From Tubiluchus corallicola (taxonomy: Eukaryota > Animalia > Priapulida), in assembly GCA_030141605.1 (NCBI GenBank), contig JAQGDQ010002387.1, positions 62,001 through 126,000 on the forward strand: a stretch of 64,000 nt of DNA. The letters run 5' to 3'. Made by a program: the position numbers and the translations under genes. The notes beneath the pieces were generated by a model. That model was not told the origin of the DNA and did no database searches. It worked only from the letters and a program-made list of their open reading frames with translations. Positions 48,701 to 61,974 of the stretch are shown in pieces; within the stretch, counting starts at the first letter, position 1; each line of letters begins with the position of its first letter.

Positions 48701-50284
48701 AAGCTGTTATTAGTAGTAAGTCTCTGCCATGTGATGGCTTATCATCATTGAATTACTAACACAAATGTCAGCTTTTTGTTGTCTGTCGGACTAAATATGC
48801 CTACCTTTGCTTGTCAAGTCGTTTTCTATGTGTTCAATTTTTCAATGAAATATGTAGTTGTTTTGATATTTATAGGTAAGTCTGCATGTCACAAGTTCTT
48901 ATAATTCTCTAAGTAATGAACAATGAGAAGACAGCTAACAACAACCAACACCATGCCATACCACCCACACCACACCACCAAACCCACATTATGCCACTTA
49001 ACCCACATTAACCCAACACAAAGCCACGTCCACCACAACAATAACACCATGCTACACCTACCACAACAACCACACCATGCCACCCACTCACACCACCCAC
49101 ACCAAAGTACCCATACCACACCACTCACCCACACTACATCACACCATCCATCACATCACCCACCACACCCACCATCCACAGCACAGTTACCCCACGCACT
49201 ATATTGTACCACACCAAATCCAACACATCACAGTGATTATGATGATGACATTGATGACCACCCACCACAATATACCACACCCACCGTCGAGACCACACTA
49301 CACCACAAGACCACACCATGCCACAACAACCACACCACACCACCCACGCCAAAATACCCATACCATGCCACACCACCACACCACACAACACTATCCGCAG
49401 CACGCTCACCACACTCACCACATCACATGGTGATCATGATGATGATGACGACAACGATGACGACACTACAGCACCAACACCAACAAACAGCATCACAACA
49501 AAACCATTTAAAACATTTTGCACAAAGTCAAAACGGTGTGCTGTAATAAATGCTCTTAGTCTGTCTACCAATAATCAGTAATGCACGGATGTTCTATTTA
49601 GTTTTGCTTATTGCTTCTCAAATGATGATAAGCTAACAGAATATACTTACATGTAAAATCTATAACCCTGTAGAACGACTGGTGAAGACAATGCCTGGAG
49701 CAGCTCATAATTTCTCAAACTCTAAGACAGTGAATGTTCTAAATAGCAGGCAGCACAGGGGGTAGAACAAGAACTTCAAAATACACCCCTCCTATTTCGT
49801 CCAGTTTACATCTCCCCTAGTGAAACCTCCAGCACCTTGTAGACTGTTTTGTTCTCTTTCTGCGAGTGTGCATATTTTTTCCCAACGTGTCCAAACAGTT
49901 GCACGAATCCAGTTTTTCTTGAGGCTGTTTGTGCAGTTTTCTGCAAAATTTGAATGGTTGAGTCCGGGAAAACACCCGTTACGAGACTTTATAGCCATCT
50001 CGCGAATTCTAAATATGCCTATAACACTCACCGTTGAACGGGCTATCTAACTATTACCAGCAACACCCCCGGCCCAGTTCCGATTTCTAGAAATAAGAGG
50101 TATAAATTTGCAAAAATGAGCAAAAAGGGCCATTTTTGAAGGCTTAGCCCTCCTCCACCCATTCCTCCCGATGTGTCCGATTAGAAAAAATAAACACCCG
50201 GGTGCTAACCTGTGGATGGAGACCTTCCGTTTGACGTATAGATCACTGAAAATGGTGCCATCATCGGAGATGTAGCCTCTTCGG

Positions 50285-50330
<46 letters not shown>

Positions 50331-52425
50331 GCCACCGAAATTAATATATCAGATGAAATAGGCAGAAAGAAGGCTTTAAATTGTATAAATTGGCCTCAAG
50401 CAACTCTCGGTATGTTATTAAAGATTCAGTAGCTTCTGTTAGTTCATTAGCAAGCATTTACCAATGTGAACACATTTCCATTTTTTGTGTGATGGCTGAA
50501 GTGTCTTTGTTTTTACAGGCATGGTTAAAGCCACACCTGCTAGGTAATGATTTCTGTCATCTGGAGTTTCAACGCCGTCTAACTCGTGAGGACGTCGGAC
50601 GGCAAGTTCTGTACAGGGATCAGAATATGACAGGATGGTAAGCCAAAATTTTATAACGAGTTTTCCCAACTTGAAAATGGCATTTAATATCATGTTGTGG
50701 CAGACTGGCAGCTGCACTGTCTTATTCTGTCACAGTATGTGTATGTTCTCTTTGTTAGGCAGATATAAACTGTTTCATTTATAGCTCCTTTTTATTTATC
50801 AAAGTTATTAAATTTCCATTTTCTTTTTCCATTCTCTTTGTCATTAGTCAAGCTGATCATTAAGTTTGAAAAATTCGTTTCTTAAGGCTAGTTAAATGAA
50901 GTTTCTGCTTTTGTCAACGTTTGTACATCTTGTGCATATTGTAGCACCATAATCAGAAGTGTATGTATGAAAATTACTCAAATTGTAAATGGGCTTCATA
51001 ATTTTAGTACTTTTCTACGATTTGACACCTTAGTAACAGCTCTCATATCGTAGGCCTTTGTTGTTGGTTGTAGCTGGACTGGTACCTAACTCTTTTTCAA
51101 CAATAATATGAATTGAAGTACTGGCCTGGCAGAGGTGTCTTAGCAATGTTTGCATTAATGTTTTTCCTTAATGCGATAAATAGCTCAAGGCAGAATGGTA
51201 GATTAAACCACACAGAAATGATGAAGAAGTGGCCACCCATCCAGTTAGCAGCCAAACCAGTCATTGTCTAATTTCGGTTGATGAGTATACACCATGATGT
51301 CTCAGCTGTTCCTTCACCTCACCAAACTGTTTTATTTTGCATAACTTCATTTTGTGGGATAAATATCATTTTGGTTGCTGAAAGTTTAAAAAAGATATTA
51401 AGTTTTATAACATTAAAAGAAAAGAGAAAAATTTCACTGTATCATGGGTGGCATAACTGAATAAATGCAGCTATCCTGTACTATTCTTGTACTATAATTC
51501 TCTTAGGACTGGAAAGCTGTAAAATTCATTTAAATAAGGCAGTTATTCATTTAAACAAGACATGAAAATGATCTGAGATCAAACAGTTTTAATATATCAT
51601 AATTGATCATGTCTGCTGCTAGCTTATGTTTTCTTAGTTTTCCCAATTTAACTTTCCCACTTTTTATTTTTACTGGTTGTGATATCAGTAACAGCGCCTC
51701 AACAAACCCTGAAGCTAATGTTGTGTGAGTAAGGTAAAACCTTTTCCCTCGCTTTGTGGTAGTAAAGAATGCAGCATGCTTCTAATTTTGCTCCTTGGTA
51801 TCACCGTGCCATATGTTACATGTGTGCATCACGTGGCTTTGGCATTCAGTCTTGAGAGAAATCTTTAGTTTTGCTATCTGTTAATAACTTGAAGAAAGTA
51901 TGTGCTTTTGTCGGCACATTGTGTGTTTTCTAGTTGCAGACTGTATATAATATTGACAAAACAATAGTGATTTTTGAGTTTTTGACCAAAAAAATGCTAT
52001 CAAATTTTTCAGAAATGATTGAGTAATGTCTTTTAACAAGTGGCAACATTCTGATTTGGTTGGGCGTGTATTTGTGTGAGTGTGTCCATGACTCACTGTT
52101 ATACTAGCTACTATAAATAAGTAATGTGGCCACCATGCTTTGTTATTATATGCCAAAAAGATTAGTGACTAATTAATCAGCTTCCTGGTTGTTAGTCCAA
52201 AAGTTAGTTCACCTGGTTAGCTAGTTAGTTGGTTAGTTGCCCACCTCATTGGTTATCTAAAAAATGACAAATCAAATAATGTCCAAATCAGACCACTAAC
52301 TAAACTACAGTGCTTGTTTGACTCGCTGCCTGGCTGACTAATTGCCTGACTGACTGACTCACTGACTGAGTGATTGATTGACTGACGGAAAGGTAGGGAA
52401 ACAAAAAGAGGGAGGGAGAGAGAGG

Positions 52426-52496
<71 letters not shown>

Positions 52497-55400
52497 CCTT
52501 CTTTGTAGTTCTGAGAATTATGGAAAATTAAGGAAATTAGTTCTGTCGCCAATTTGGAAGTGTTTAAAATAGTGGCAGATTGTGTTTGATTTTGTTTTCA
52601 TTGGAATAAACATGCCAGCTATTAGGTGACTTTTCGATACTACATTGATGCTCCTTGAGTTGTCATTGGTCCTTTACAGTTGTAATTCAGACATGTCATC
52701 TTTACATTTTTGTACATTTTGTTAACAATGCAAAATTAGTTTACTTTTATTTACTACCATCCTTTTGTAACATAACTGATGCAGTAAAGGTCAAGTAAAT
52801 TGCTTTACCTCCAGTCTGTTATTTTCATATATCATGTGGGCATTTTTCCTAGTTAATTTTTTATTTTGCAGGGCTTACAAGATGGTTGCTATTGAAGACA
52901 CAAAATTTCCACTTATTGCTGACAAAGGCAAAAAGGTAAGTTTACAAATATGCAATGTATGAATTGTCACTATGCCACTTTGAGCTGACTGCACACTTTC
53001 TCTAATAATGTGAGCAGTTCGTATTTGTTTAAATGAGTGACATTATAAAATTGTAAGCAAGCCTTGAAAAAATTCTTAAATTGATAACACAACAAGCTTT
53101 AAATACCTTTTTCCTCCTTATCAGTTAGATAAAATTCTGTGGCATTTCAATCCGTATGTGACATTAATACGCTAATCCTCTTTCATTAGGCACCCAAAAT
53201 TTATTTTATTTTGAGCATCAGTTAATTTAATAAAATCTAAACACAATTTGTCTGCAAATGTCTTAACATGTGCGCTTACTGACATGATTCCATTATTCAG
53301 GTGACTAGTAGAAAGTTTCTAATCAAGTGACTTAGTTGCTTACATATGTCAGAACAAAACAATACTGGTCAATGTTAGGACATGTCTCTTAGCATACAAG
53401 CCTTTTAACTCAACCAATTGCACTTCAGAAATGTTCAACTTGGAAGTGTTTAAAAGTCAAATCTCTTTAGAAAAAAGAGCTTACTGTAACTTGAAATTTG
53501 ACCCTAACTTTATTAACTTTTGTGGCTTCCTTCCTAGTGAAATCAGGCCTTGAAGTTGCATTTTTCCACAAATATTTTGTTTGGATTTGCTCGTGAAACT
53601 TTGGAAAATCGCAGGCTAAACTAATGTGTTAGCAATGGCTTCCTTGGATACTGCATCGTTTCTGTGATGCTAAATTTGTAAACATTGCTACACAGCGAAA
53701 TTGACACGTGATAACCAAATCAGCTGCGCTGACATCATCTAAAAAGCAAAATGCGTGAAATTAAGGCCCTGACTTTCTTCGGAAATGACACATTCGCACC
53801 CGATCTCCTCTTGTATAAATCACGAAGAAAAAGTTAAGGGTATCAGAAAATCTTAGAGCAGAGCATTTTCTTTCTGTTTTTGTGTAAAACTGAAACTTCA
53901 TAAAGTACGATGTATTTGACCTTTAAGCAGTATTTTACTACTTATAAACCATTTACCACTTATAACACATACCAGTATTAAGACAGTGTTGTTTTAAGGC
54001 AACTTTCTCAACACATTATCATTAGTATGAGTTGTTGCATTTGATTAATTGTGCATATTTCTTCACAGGCTCGTGTGCTAGCCACTATTGGACCAACACG
54101 AGGTCTAGGAGATCACGATTTGCGTGTTTTTGATACTAACTTGTATGTAAAACCATTTCTGTCTTCAGTACCTGAGGTAAGTTTATGATGACTTGTTATG
54201 TTTATATTGTACCTTTTGCATGCCTGACACATTACAAGGTGACACCTGAGATTGTTAGCTTCAGATCAAAGTTCGATTTGTAAGCTTAGCTGGTCTTTAG
54301 TTTGTAAGCTGACAGGAACAAATCCTTTTTTCTAAGACGTTGGTATTGCAGTGTTTTAAAAACTACACGAATATAGAAAGAAGTTTCACTAATGTGAAAA
54401 TGACTTATCACTAAGAACTAGTACAATTCATACAAAAATCCCATAATAAGCAAATGAAAGATACATAGTACCAGCTTACGTCTCGGTGAGCTATCTTAAT
54501 GTAGGTGAAAGAATGTAAAATCAAAAAGTATCACTATCCATTTAGCATCCATTATTGAAAATATCAAGAAAACACAGATTATAGATGGATGCATGGATCA
54601 AGAAATGAAAAGTCCTAATTTTGTTTTAAGAACAAAATGGATATTTTGCAACCCTTTACTCACACTGAAAAAGCAACCTATATCCAAAATATCCATATTG
54701 AAAATATCAACTAAATCCAAATATTTTTCAACATATTTTTCATTATCTTATTTGTGGGATTTGTTTATTAATTAAAATCCCTGAGCTTTTAGTGTCGACC
54801 AGTAGCAAATACTCATATTGGAAGTAACATGAATTACCATGATTAAATCTTGTTATGTCTATTTAGGTAGAAGTAATTGACCTTTCCACAGAGGAGTATG
54901 GTCCTGATGATGTAGTAATTCTTGCCTCTGATGGATTATGGGATGTGACGAGCAATGAGACGGCAGCAGAAATTGTCATGTCGACACTCTCAAAATTTTC
55001 ATTTAATGAACTCAGCAGGTAAACAAGAAAACATCATTTGTTTTTTTGTGATTTATATTTGCTGCTTTCAACTTTAACATAAAATTACACTCTAAAATGG
55101 TTAATGGTACATGTTTACTTACATGCTAATTTTGGTAATCAAATATTAGATGAGCTGCATCTTGAGCAACAAAATTTTATTGAGAAAAGTTTTTTGTTCT
55201 ATAAAGTATCTTTGTTAGCTTCATTATATTAGTGTCAAAATTATTAAGTTGATGTTTAATATAATGCCAGCACTAAAAGTACTATGATGTGGATGAAGTA
55301 ATACCATGTTTTTTTAGTTAAAGTAAAATACTTGCAGAAATATCTCTTTTGTTCTGTTCGTTATTGAAATATATCTAATTTGTTTTTTGTGATTCTCACC

Positions 55401-58400
55401 TAATAAGAGTTTAATCCTGTAAACACAGGAAAGCAATATTAAATTAGAGTCTGAAAAACTGTGCATTTCCACTGGGATGCAAACACAAGACCTGCTTTAT
55501 AGGCAGCTATGCTAATCATTACACTACAGTGGTACCCGACTTTTCAGACTGGGAAATTTACTCTACTAGTCACTAGAGGACTAACAGCAGGAATCACAGT
55601 CCACACTTGTATTAAAACGTAATATAACATATTGTAACAATATGTAGTTTGAAAATTTTCACTATCTGCATATTTCCCATCTCAGGTATACATCGGCTGC
55701 TCAGGATTTAGCTATGCATGCTCGAGGTCTGCTACAAGAAAAATCCAACTGGAAGACGCGGGATGACAAACCAGCTTCAGGTGATGACATCACAGTGTTT
55801 ATAGTTCCACTGAGCTTTCACAAAGAACCGGCAAAAACCACCGTACCAACAAGTGCCTCTGTACTTTCTAAGTAAGTTGGACTTTATGAGGACTATGGTA
55901 GAGCCTTTTTCTTCTTGTGTTTACGTCGTTCATGCACTTTCAGCTTAGGGCTACTTTATTTGAATTTACTGTCAAACAGTCAACTGATAAGACACACATC
56001 TGCAAGAACTGAACTGTGTTAATACAGGCTATGCTGTCTTCAGACAAGCTTTATGCCCAGTTGACTTGTGCACAAATAAACATTCTCGTTTTACAATAAC
56101 TAATTAGAAATGAAGCAGTCAAAAATACGAAACCTAATGCAATGATGTTCTTCATCAATTTCCAAAAACAAATCTAATTTGAGTCTCACATCTCTAGTCT
56201 TCAAGATCGATTTGAATCTAAATTTTTAATTCATCTAATTTTCAAAATTTGCTGAATTTGAATCTTGTTAGATGTGGAATTTGAATCATAAGAATTTCAT
56301 ATAAATAACAGTTTTAAACAGACTGTTCAAAAGACTGTTGAAAAAATTATGTAAAAATCATTGACATTACAATTTCTTCTGCAATGATTACTCCTGGATG
56401 AGTTACAAAACAGTCTGACATCAATCCAAACTGAACTGTTGTCTTGAAAATTTTCTTCACTCCTAGTAGTCTTACTACAGCATCACCAGCATTTTTATGA
56501 CAGTATTTCCTAAAATCGAGCTAATAACTCATTTTTCCTATCTACATCACAAATGTGTTACTAGAATAGTGGGTTATATATTACAGTAAGTGCTCACTTA
56601 AAGACACTAATGCATGCCAGCAAAACACGATGTTAAGGGGAACATCATTATATGAAACAATGCATTCCATAGAAAACAACGTAAAAGCTTTCAGTTGTGT
56701 TCCTCACCCAAAGTTCAATAATGCTTGGTTTAGCAAGAGCGGTCACTAAGTTGCATTGCAGGACAAAAAATCAATAATGCTTAGCTATGTAAAGCTTTCA
56801 TTTGCTTTGCCCAACAAAAATCAATAGTACTTCGGCATAAATCAAACACTTCATGGATTTTATCCTTTATTACTGACAATTTTTAACTAAAAGTTAAATT
56901 GTTAAAGTTAAAGAGAGAACTGAAGTTTGCAGTGAAAATTCAATCTTTCATGCATGCATCTTACTCTGATTGATCCCCTTATGCTATTTGTTCCTCCTTT
57001 TTTCATATCATGCATAGTCTCCATGTTTTTTCTGTTAAAGCTTTTTTTCAACACTGTAAGGCATTAGCAACACAATGTCTCACTTCTGAGCTTCGCTCTG
57101 TTTCTGGATTATTTTCTCAAAAAAATTTCAAATCCAGCACCATACCGTGTTTTAAAAGCTTCTTGCAGATGTCTAACTCTAGCCATTTTTGTTTTGCACT
57201 CCTGAGAAGTATTTCTAGTATAGCTTTTCCAGCAACATAAATGCAAATGAGGTGAAGGTAGCTATAATTAACCAAGTAATGTAACATCAATCAGCGCTAT
57301 CAATTAGCGAGTAATCAGCAAGGAGTCAACGATGCCTGCTAGGTAGGGCAAATTGTCGAATTGTACTAAGGTGGTTTCTGTTAATAGGGCTTCTCTGTGA
57401 AATGCGAGTGCAGTAACTAAAATTTCAGTGCTTGAAGGCCAAAAAATTGTCGTTAAGATGAAATGTTCGTCGTTGAGTAATAAAAGTTGTCAAAAGGTCA
57501 GCTTCGTTAAACAAAAAGTCGCTAGGTGAGGTGTCATCAGGCAAGGACTTACTGTATCTAATATTTGAAATAATTGAGAATCTGCATATTATTTGCAGAA
57601 TAGTATAGTATGCTATGTTTTAGGTCTAGTTCTGGTGTACCAAAGGACTGGATGTCTCCCGTTATGGCAGCTATTGAAAGTGAGGAGGGTCTGTATGCAT
57701 CGGGTGACTCAGGGATTGCTGAAAATGATGACTTTAATCCTGCTGAATATCGAGAAAATTTTCAAAATCGCCTACAGAATGATGATAGTCTTCTTGACTA
57801 CAGCTTGCGTAAAACATTGGGCGCAACTTCAGAGACTTCCAATAACTCAGAAACGGATATTAATGCCCGCACACCAGAAAGTACCGACCTTGGAGTTGCC
57901 TCAGATGTTGGCGCAGAAGAAGCATGGCATGATTTCGAGGATGGATTGTCAGAATCAAAGGGACCTGACTCATTTGAGATTGCTTTTCGATTACGCAATG
58001 CTTCTATGGTGGCTTCACTACAGGAAGATCAAATTACCAAGGACATTTTGTCTTCAGGAACTGAAACTAGAGGTGCTCTAAATACTAATGAGGAAAAAGG
58101 ATTTAATTGTGAAACTAGCCAAAAATTAGAGTTTGACATAAGCAATGAAGCCAGTGAGAAGGCACATTCTGGTGCAAGCCAAGAAGCGTGTGACAAACTA
58201 GAATGTGGCATGACTGATGGAGACACGGAGAAATCACAACATGGTGTAAGTGAAAAAACTCCTTATGATGAAACCAGTAAACAATCAGGCAACGATGTGA
58301 GTAAAGAAGCCAGTGAAAAGCTTGATTATGATGTGAACAGGGAAGCCAGTGAAAAGCCTGATTGTGATGTAAGCAAAGAAGCCATTGAAGAACCTGTTCA

Positions 58401-58521
58401 TGATGTAAGCAAAAAAGCCAGTGAAAATCCTGATATTGATGTAATCAACAAAGCCAGCAAGAAAACAAATTTTGAAGAGCTAGAACATAGTGATTCAGAT
58501 TTGGAAGAAGGTTATGTGTAA
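39724..58521 (+). CDS. PPM1H: PP2C-family protein phosphatase 1H/1J/1M-like; 10 core exons (stop at 55875) plus an optional 11th acidic exon
   Basis: Phase-consistent exons: 39724-39947, 45178-45355, 45864-45965, 46682-46846, 47242-47439, 50519-50637, 52872-52935, 54069-54176, 54867-55018, 55686-55871 (or 55875), 57624-58521. Motifs: [55 protein letters not shown], flap-domain LEFQRR...[53 protein letters not shown]. Probably co-orthologous to vertebrate PPM1H/J/M. Confidence 0.92.
40186..41827 (-). mobile_element. Decayed non-LTR retrotransposon (CR1-like) ORF2 fragment, partial endonuclease + RT
   Basis: Broken ORFs with [66 protein letters not shown]; frameshifts and stops. Confidence 0.9.
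41900..44628 (+). mobile_element. Decayed non-LTR retrotransposon (L2/Crack-like) ORF2 fragment
   Basis: Fragments [95 protein letters not shown]; many disruptions. Clade assignment is tentative. Confidence 0.88.
48935..49500. repeat. Degenerate (CAC/CCA/ACA)n low-complexity tract with short (GAT)n patches
   Basis: Directly visible C/A-rich tract inside a PPM1H intron. Confidence 0.88.
49780..50330. mobile_element. Possible Helitron-like non-autonomous remnant(s) next to a (TA)n tract at 50285-50325
   Basis: CpG-retaining, GC-richer block; short hairpin ccgttgaacgg near 50031; abuts a TA microsatellite. Family not established. Confidence 0.3.
51075..51255. repeat. Dispersed repeat family copy 3 (SINE-like)
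   Basis: ctggcagaggtgtcttagc and cacccatccagt shared with 35958-36165. Confidence 0.5.
52330..52496. repeat. Compound microsatellite (ACTG/ATTG)n + (GA)n
   Basis: Directly visible. Confidence 0.9.
53544..53771. mobile_element. Possible short MITE
   Basis: caggccttgaagttgcatttt versus right-end revcomp cagggccttaatttcacgcatttt; TSD not clear. Confidence 0.4.
57624..58521 (+). CDS. Acidic low-complexity terminal exon with 12-aa repeats, in phase with PPM1H exon 10
   Basis: 898-nt open frame after a ttttag acceptor; phase 2 matches the donor AA|gtaagt at 55871; repeats such as [12 protein letters not shown] and [12 protein letters not shown]. Confidence 0.72.
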
Positions 58522-59117
58522 AGGTTTAGAAGGAATATTAAAAGATTTTAATACTTAAAATGTAAGCAATTTGGCCTGATTTTCCCCCTAATGCAAAACG
58601 AATGCTGCTTGACTTTGTCATCTATAATTACTACGTATAATTATTGATATGTATTTGATGTACTGTAGCAGTCATAATCCTCTTTTTCCAAATCCTTATA
58701 AATAACCTGTACAAACTTTTGTGTTTCAATAATGACTCAGTTTGCTTTTTTAACTAATTTTTCTCATTGATGCAGAATCAAAATGTACGTTAATTTATTT
58801 TTTCATATGTATATATATATATGTATTCTATATTATATTATATTTTATTATATTATGTTATAGTATATTATATTATCGTGTTTAGTTTCTTCACTTGTAA
58901 AAGTTTTGTCTTAGCAGTGACCCCCACCTGTAATTTAAATTTTTTATTGTAACCTTTTTTCTGTAAATATTAAAATAATTGCCCTGTCATGTTCTTTTTG
59001 AGTGAATTAACATGCTTGCAAGATGTTTCATCGATGTATGCATGCAGCATTGTTAGTTGCAACATAATGTCTTGCCATAGTCTGTAACTTTTATGCTTTA
59101 GTATGTCTAGTTGTAGT

Positions 59118-59878
59118 CAGGGATGCGAGGATCTATTAATTTCCCAATCCGCAATAAATTTGGTCCACAAAGATAAAATCTGCAGTCCACTAAAAATCCA
59201 CATTTTCTTATTAACAGCGATCCGCAAACACTCTATACTAAATTTCTTAAAATCTATGATCCGTCCTGATCCGTAAGGCTTCCGATCCGCATCCTGCTTA
59301 CATGTCTATTTTAATTCACTTCCACATAATAATCTGCATGTTCAGCAAACCTTGGTTTAAATAAATAAAAATATTTTAAATCAGTGGAAATCGCACCTTG
59401 TTGCAGTGTGTCCACTGGGTGGTTCATTTTCATTGATTAATTGCAATTGTAAAAAGGAATATTAGAATATTCTTTATCTGATGTTATTGATTTCACATTA
59501 GTATTTTTAGAGCAAATAAAAGATTTTACTACTACTGCTGCTGCTGTTGCTACTAATGCTACTGCTACTAGTATAGTAGTACATTAGTTTAATGATTAAT
59601 GAAGCTAATTATTATTTTTATTTCATTGTTATTCAACTTGGTAACTTGTGATGAGTGTCAGTCTGCTATTTTCTTCCTGCAATGCTCACATTATTATCTA
59701 ATGTGTATTAACATTAATGAAAATTAAAATCCGCAAAGATCACCAAATTTTTAATCCGCATTTGGTCCGTATAATTCCTTATCTTTAATAGTAAATCCAC
59801 AATCCGATCGGATCCTCAAAAAATCTTGCGAATCTTGCTGTCATCCAGTCCGCAAGATCACGTTCCGCTCATCAGTGG
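59118..59878. mobile_element. Degenerate MITE-like repeat rich in atccgc motifs
   Basis: Clusters of atccgc/atccg at 59118-59297 and 59729-59878; weak inverted termini cagggatgcg / cgctcatcagtg. Confidence 0.4.
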
Positions 59879-61897
59879 TTCTTTATTCACTTCTACGAAC
59901 ATAGTGCTAACTGAGAACGGGTTTGTGCATGTCTAGAATTATTATATGCCTGTTTTACCAATGATGCTACCACTGATACTTCCATGCTTAAACACACACT
60001 TGAGTGTCCTGCCCTATCTCGCCTTCATTTGTAAAGTTCATTTGCAATATACAAGTGCAATGAATTGTTGTTGTTGCAATAAACACAATTACATATTTTG
60101 GTGCTGTCATTAAACAATTTGAAACCTTGTATTCACTTTTATCTCAGACTTTCAGCCTCTCTGCCTTCTATGTGCCAAACACTTTAATTAATTAGATTTT
60201 ATTCAAGCTTTATTAAAACAAATGAGGCAATGAGCAGTCAATGGCTTTAAAGCTGAAGTTCACCTGCATAAAGCATTTTAATTTACCTTTATTAACAATA
60301 TTACATATAAGCAGATATATTTAATAGATAACAGTTTTTGAGTTATCAGTCTAATAATCTGTCTGCATGACTAATAGACCTATACAATATTAGTGCTTTA
60401 TATTTGTGTGATTGATATTTGTAATTGTTGTTCAGATGAGTAATAATCATTTTAATGATTTTATTAGCTGGGAAATTTTCTAACAAATGTTGTGGTCATT
60501 TACAGTTGGTATATTCTATTGTAATTGTTCATTTTATTATGATAATTGATATATTATACAACAGTCATATTTTTCAAATCCAACCACTCTGCTTACTAAA
60601 ATAATAATATTGTAAATTTTCAGTTTTTTTAAATATATTTTGGTGTTTTCCTGTATCGTGTTAATAAGAACATAAAGACAAAAATTAATTACTGCTTCCA
60701 ATTAACATGGAACATAGAACATTTATTGTCTCCAACGTTTGTCCACTATAACAACAGCGTTTTCAGTAAGTGTTGCTTAAATATTAGGTAATTGCAATCA
60801 TGTAGCAGGCAGGGAGGGACCAAAGGGTCATCTAGTCATATTGATAGGTTTGACAAAATTAAAAATAAATTTATTATTGCTTCAATTACAACCACCTATA
60901 TAAGTTAACTCGTTGATTAACTAAGTAGCCTAATTACAGTTTTCAAGTTGTAAATCTTTTTGCAGTTTGCTGACTGATACAAATTAGGATTAAGAATTAC
61001 TTGAAAGTTTTTCGACATCCTTGCAGCATAAAAAATATTCACTCAGTCCTTAAATAAAGCCTACTGTAAGTGTACATAATTATATACACTTAGTCCTTGG
61101 TTTTTCAAGTAGTTAGAGTGCCGTAAAAAAGGGCAATATATTTTTTATTTTTATAAAATTAATTATTTTGTGATCGTTGCACATGTATTTTAGCCATACA
61201 AAATAATCTTTTTGCAGCGGGTAGAGGACACAAGACTACTGTGATTTCCATGAAAAGCAAAATACTTTTCGTTTTCTCCAAGAGGTGGCACGACAAGAAA
61301 AACTTTGATCATGTTCACTTGTTTCATTAACAGGTAGCCAGTTAGCCACTAGCCAGGTAAGGAAAGTTCGTAAGCAGTACGGAATCGGTTGCGTTTGTCG
61401 AAGATTTCGGAATTTCTGTGTAAGTGTATTGTATTTTCAAGGAATTCAGAATTATAATATTTGTGACAGATCATTACTAACGACGATCAAATCTCCAAAG
61501 AATTGATAATTGTCTGATTTGGGTTACACACCAAATGGTATTTGGGCTAAGTGGTTGGAGAAAGTTCAGCGTGATCCGGCACTGTCAGAATTTGATAAGT
61601 ACTGTATGCTAATATCATCTTATTGTTTTTACTTATAATAAGTTATCATAAATTGTATTAAATGCTGATAACAATCTGATAATTAGGCTTATGCTGTTTT
61701 ATTGACTGAAATCCTGCTTAGAATGTGCACATGAGTGTCACTGTGTGATGGATATTTTTTGACTACTGCCTCTTCAGTACTTGCTATAAATTTGTTATTT
61801 TTGTGCGCCTTCTGCGCTCTTCTCCAAGACTAGTGTATTAAATTTTCGTGGTATTATCTTCAAGTTTGGGAAAACACTGCTGGATTTAGCTGAAAAG

Positions 61898-61974
61898 ATG
61901 CCTTGGGCTATTCAACTAATTGAAGAGGGCCCCACCAGCCGTATTCAACCTCGTTTCCCTGACTCTGAAAACAA
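61898..61974 (+). CDS. Possible first coding exon of an unidentified downstream gene (MPWAIQLIEEGPTSRIQPRFPDSEN)
   Basis: ATG in aagATG context, GC-richer coding-like sequence ending at AA|gtaaag; upstream donor-like sites at 61346 and 61400; family not recognised. Confidence 0.3.

Noticed and set aside
48889-49581. His/Thr/Pro-rich 207-aa ORF as a metal-binding protein
   Set aside because: It is a CAC-type low-complexity tract open in several frames on both strands, inside an intron with no credible splice context.
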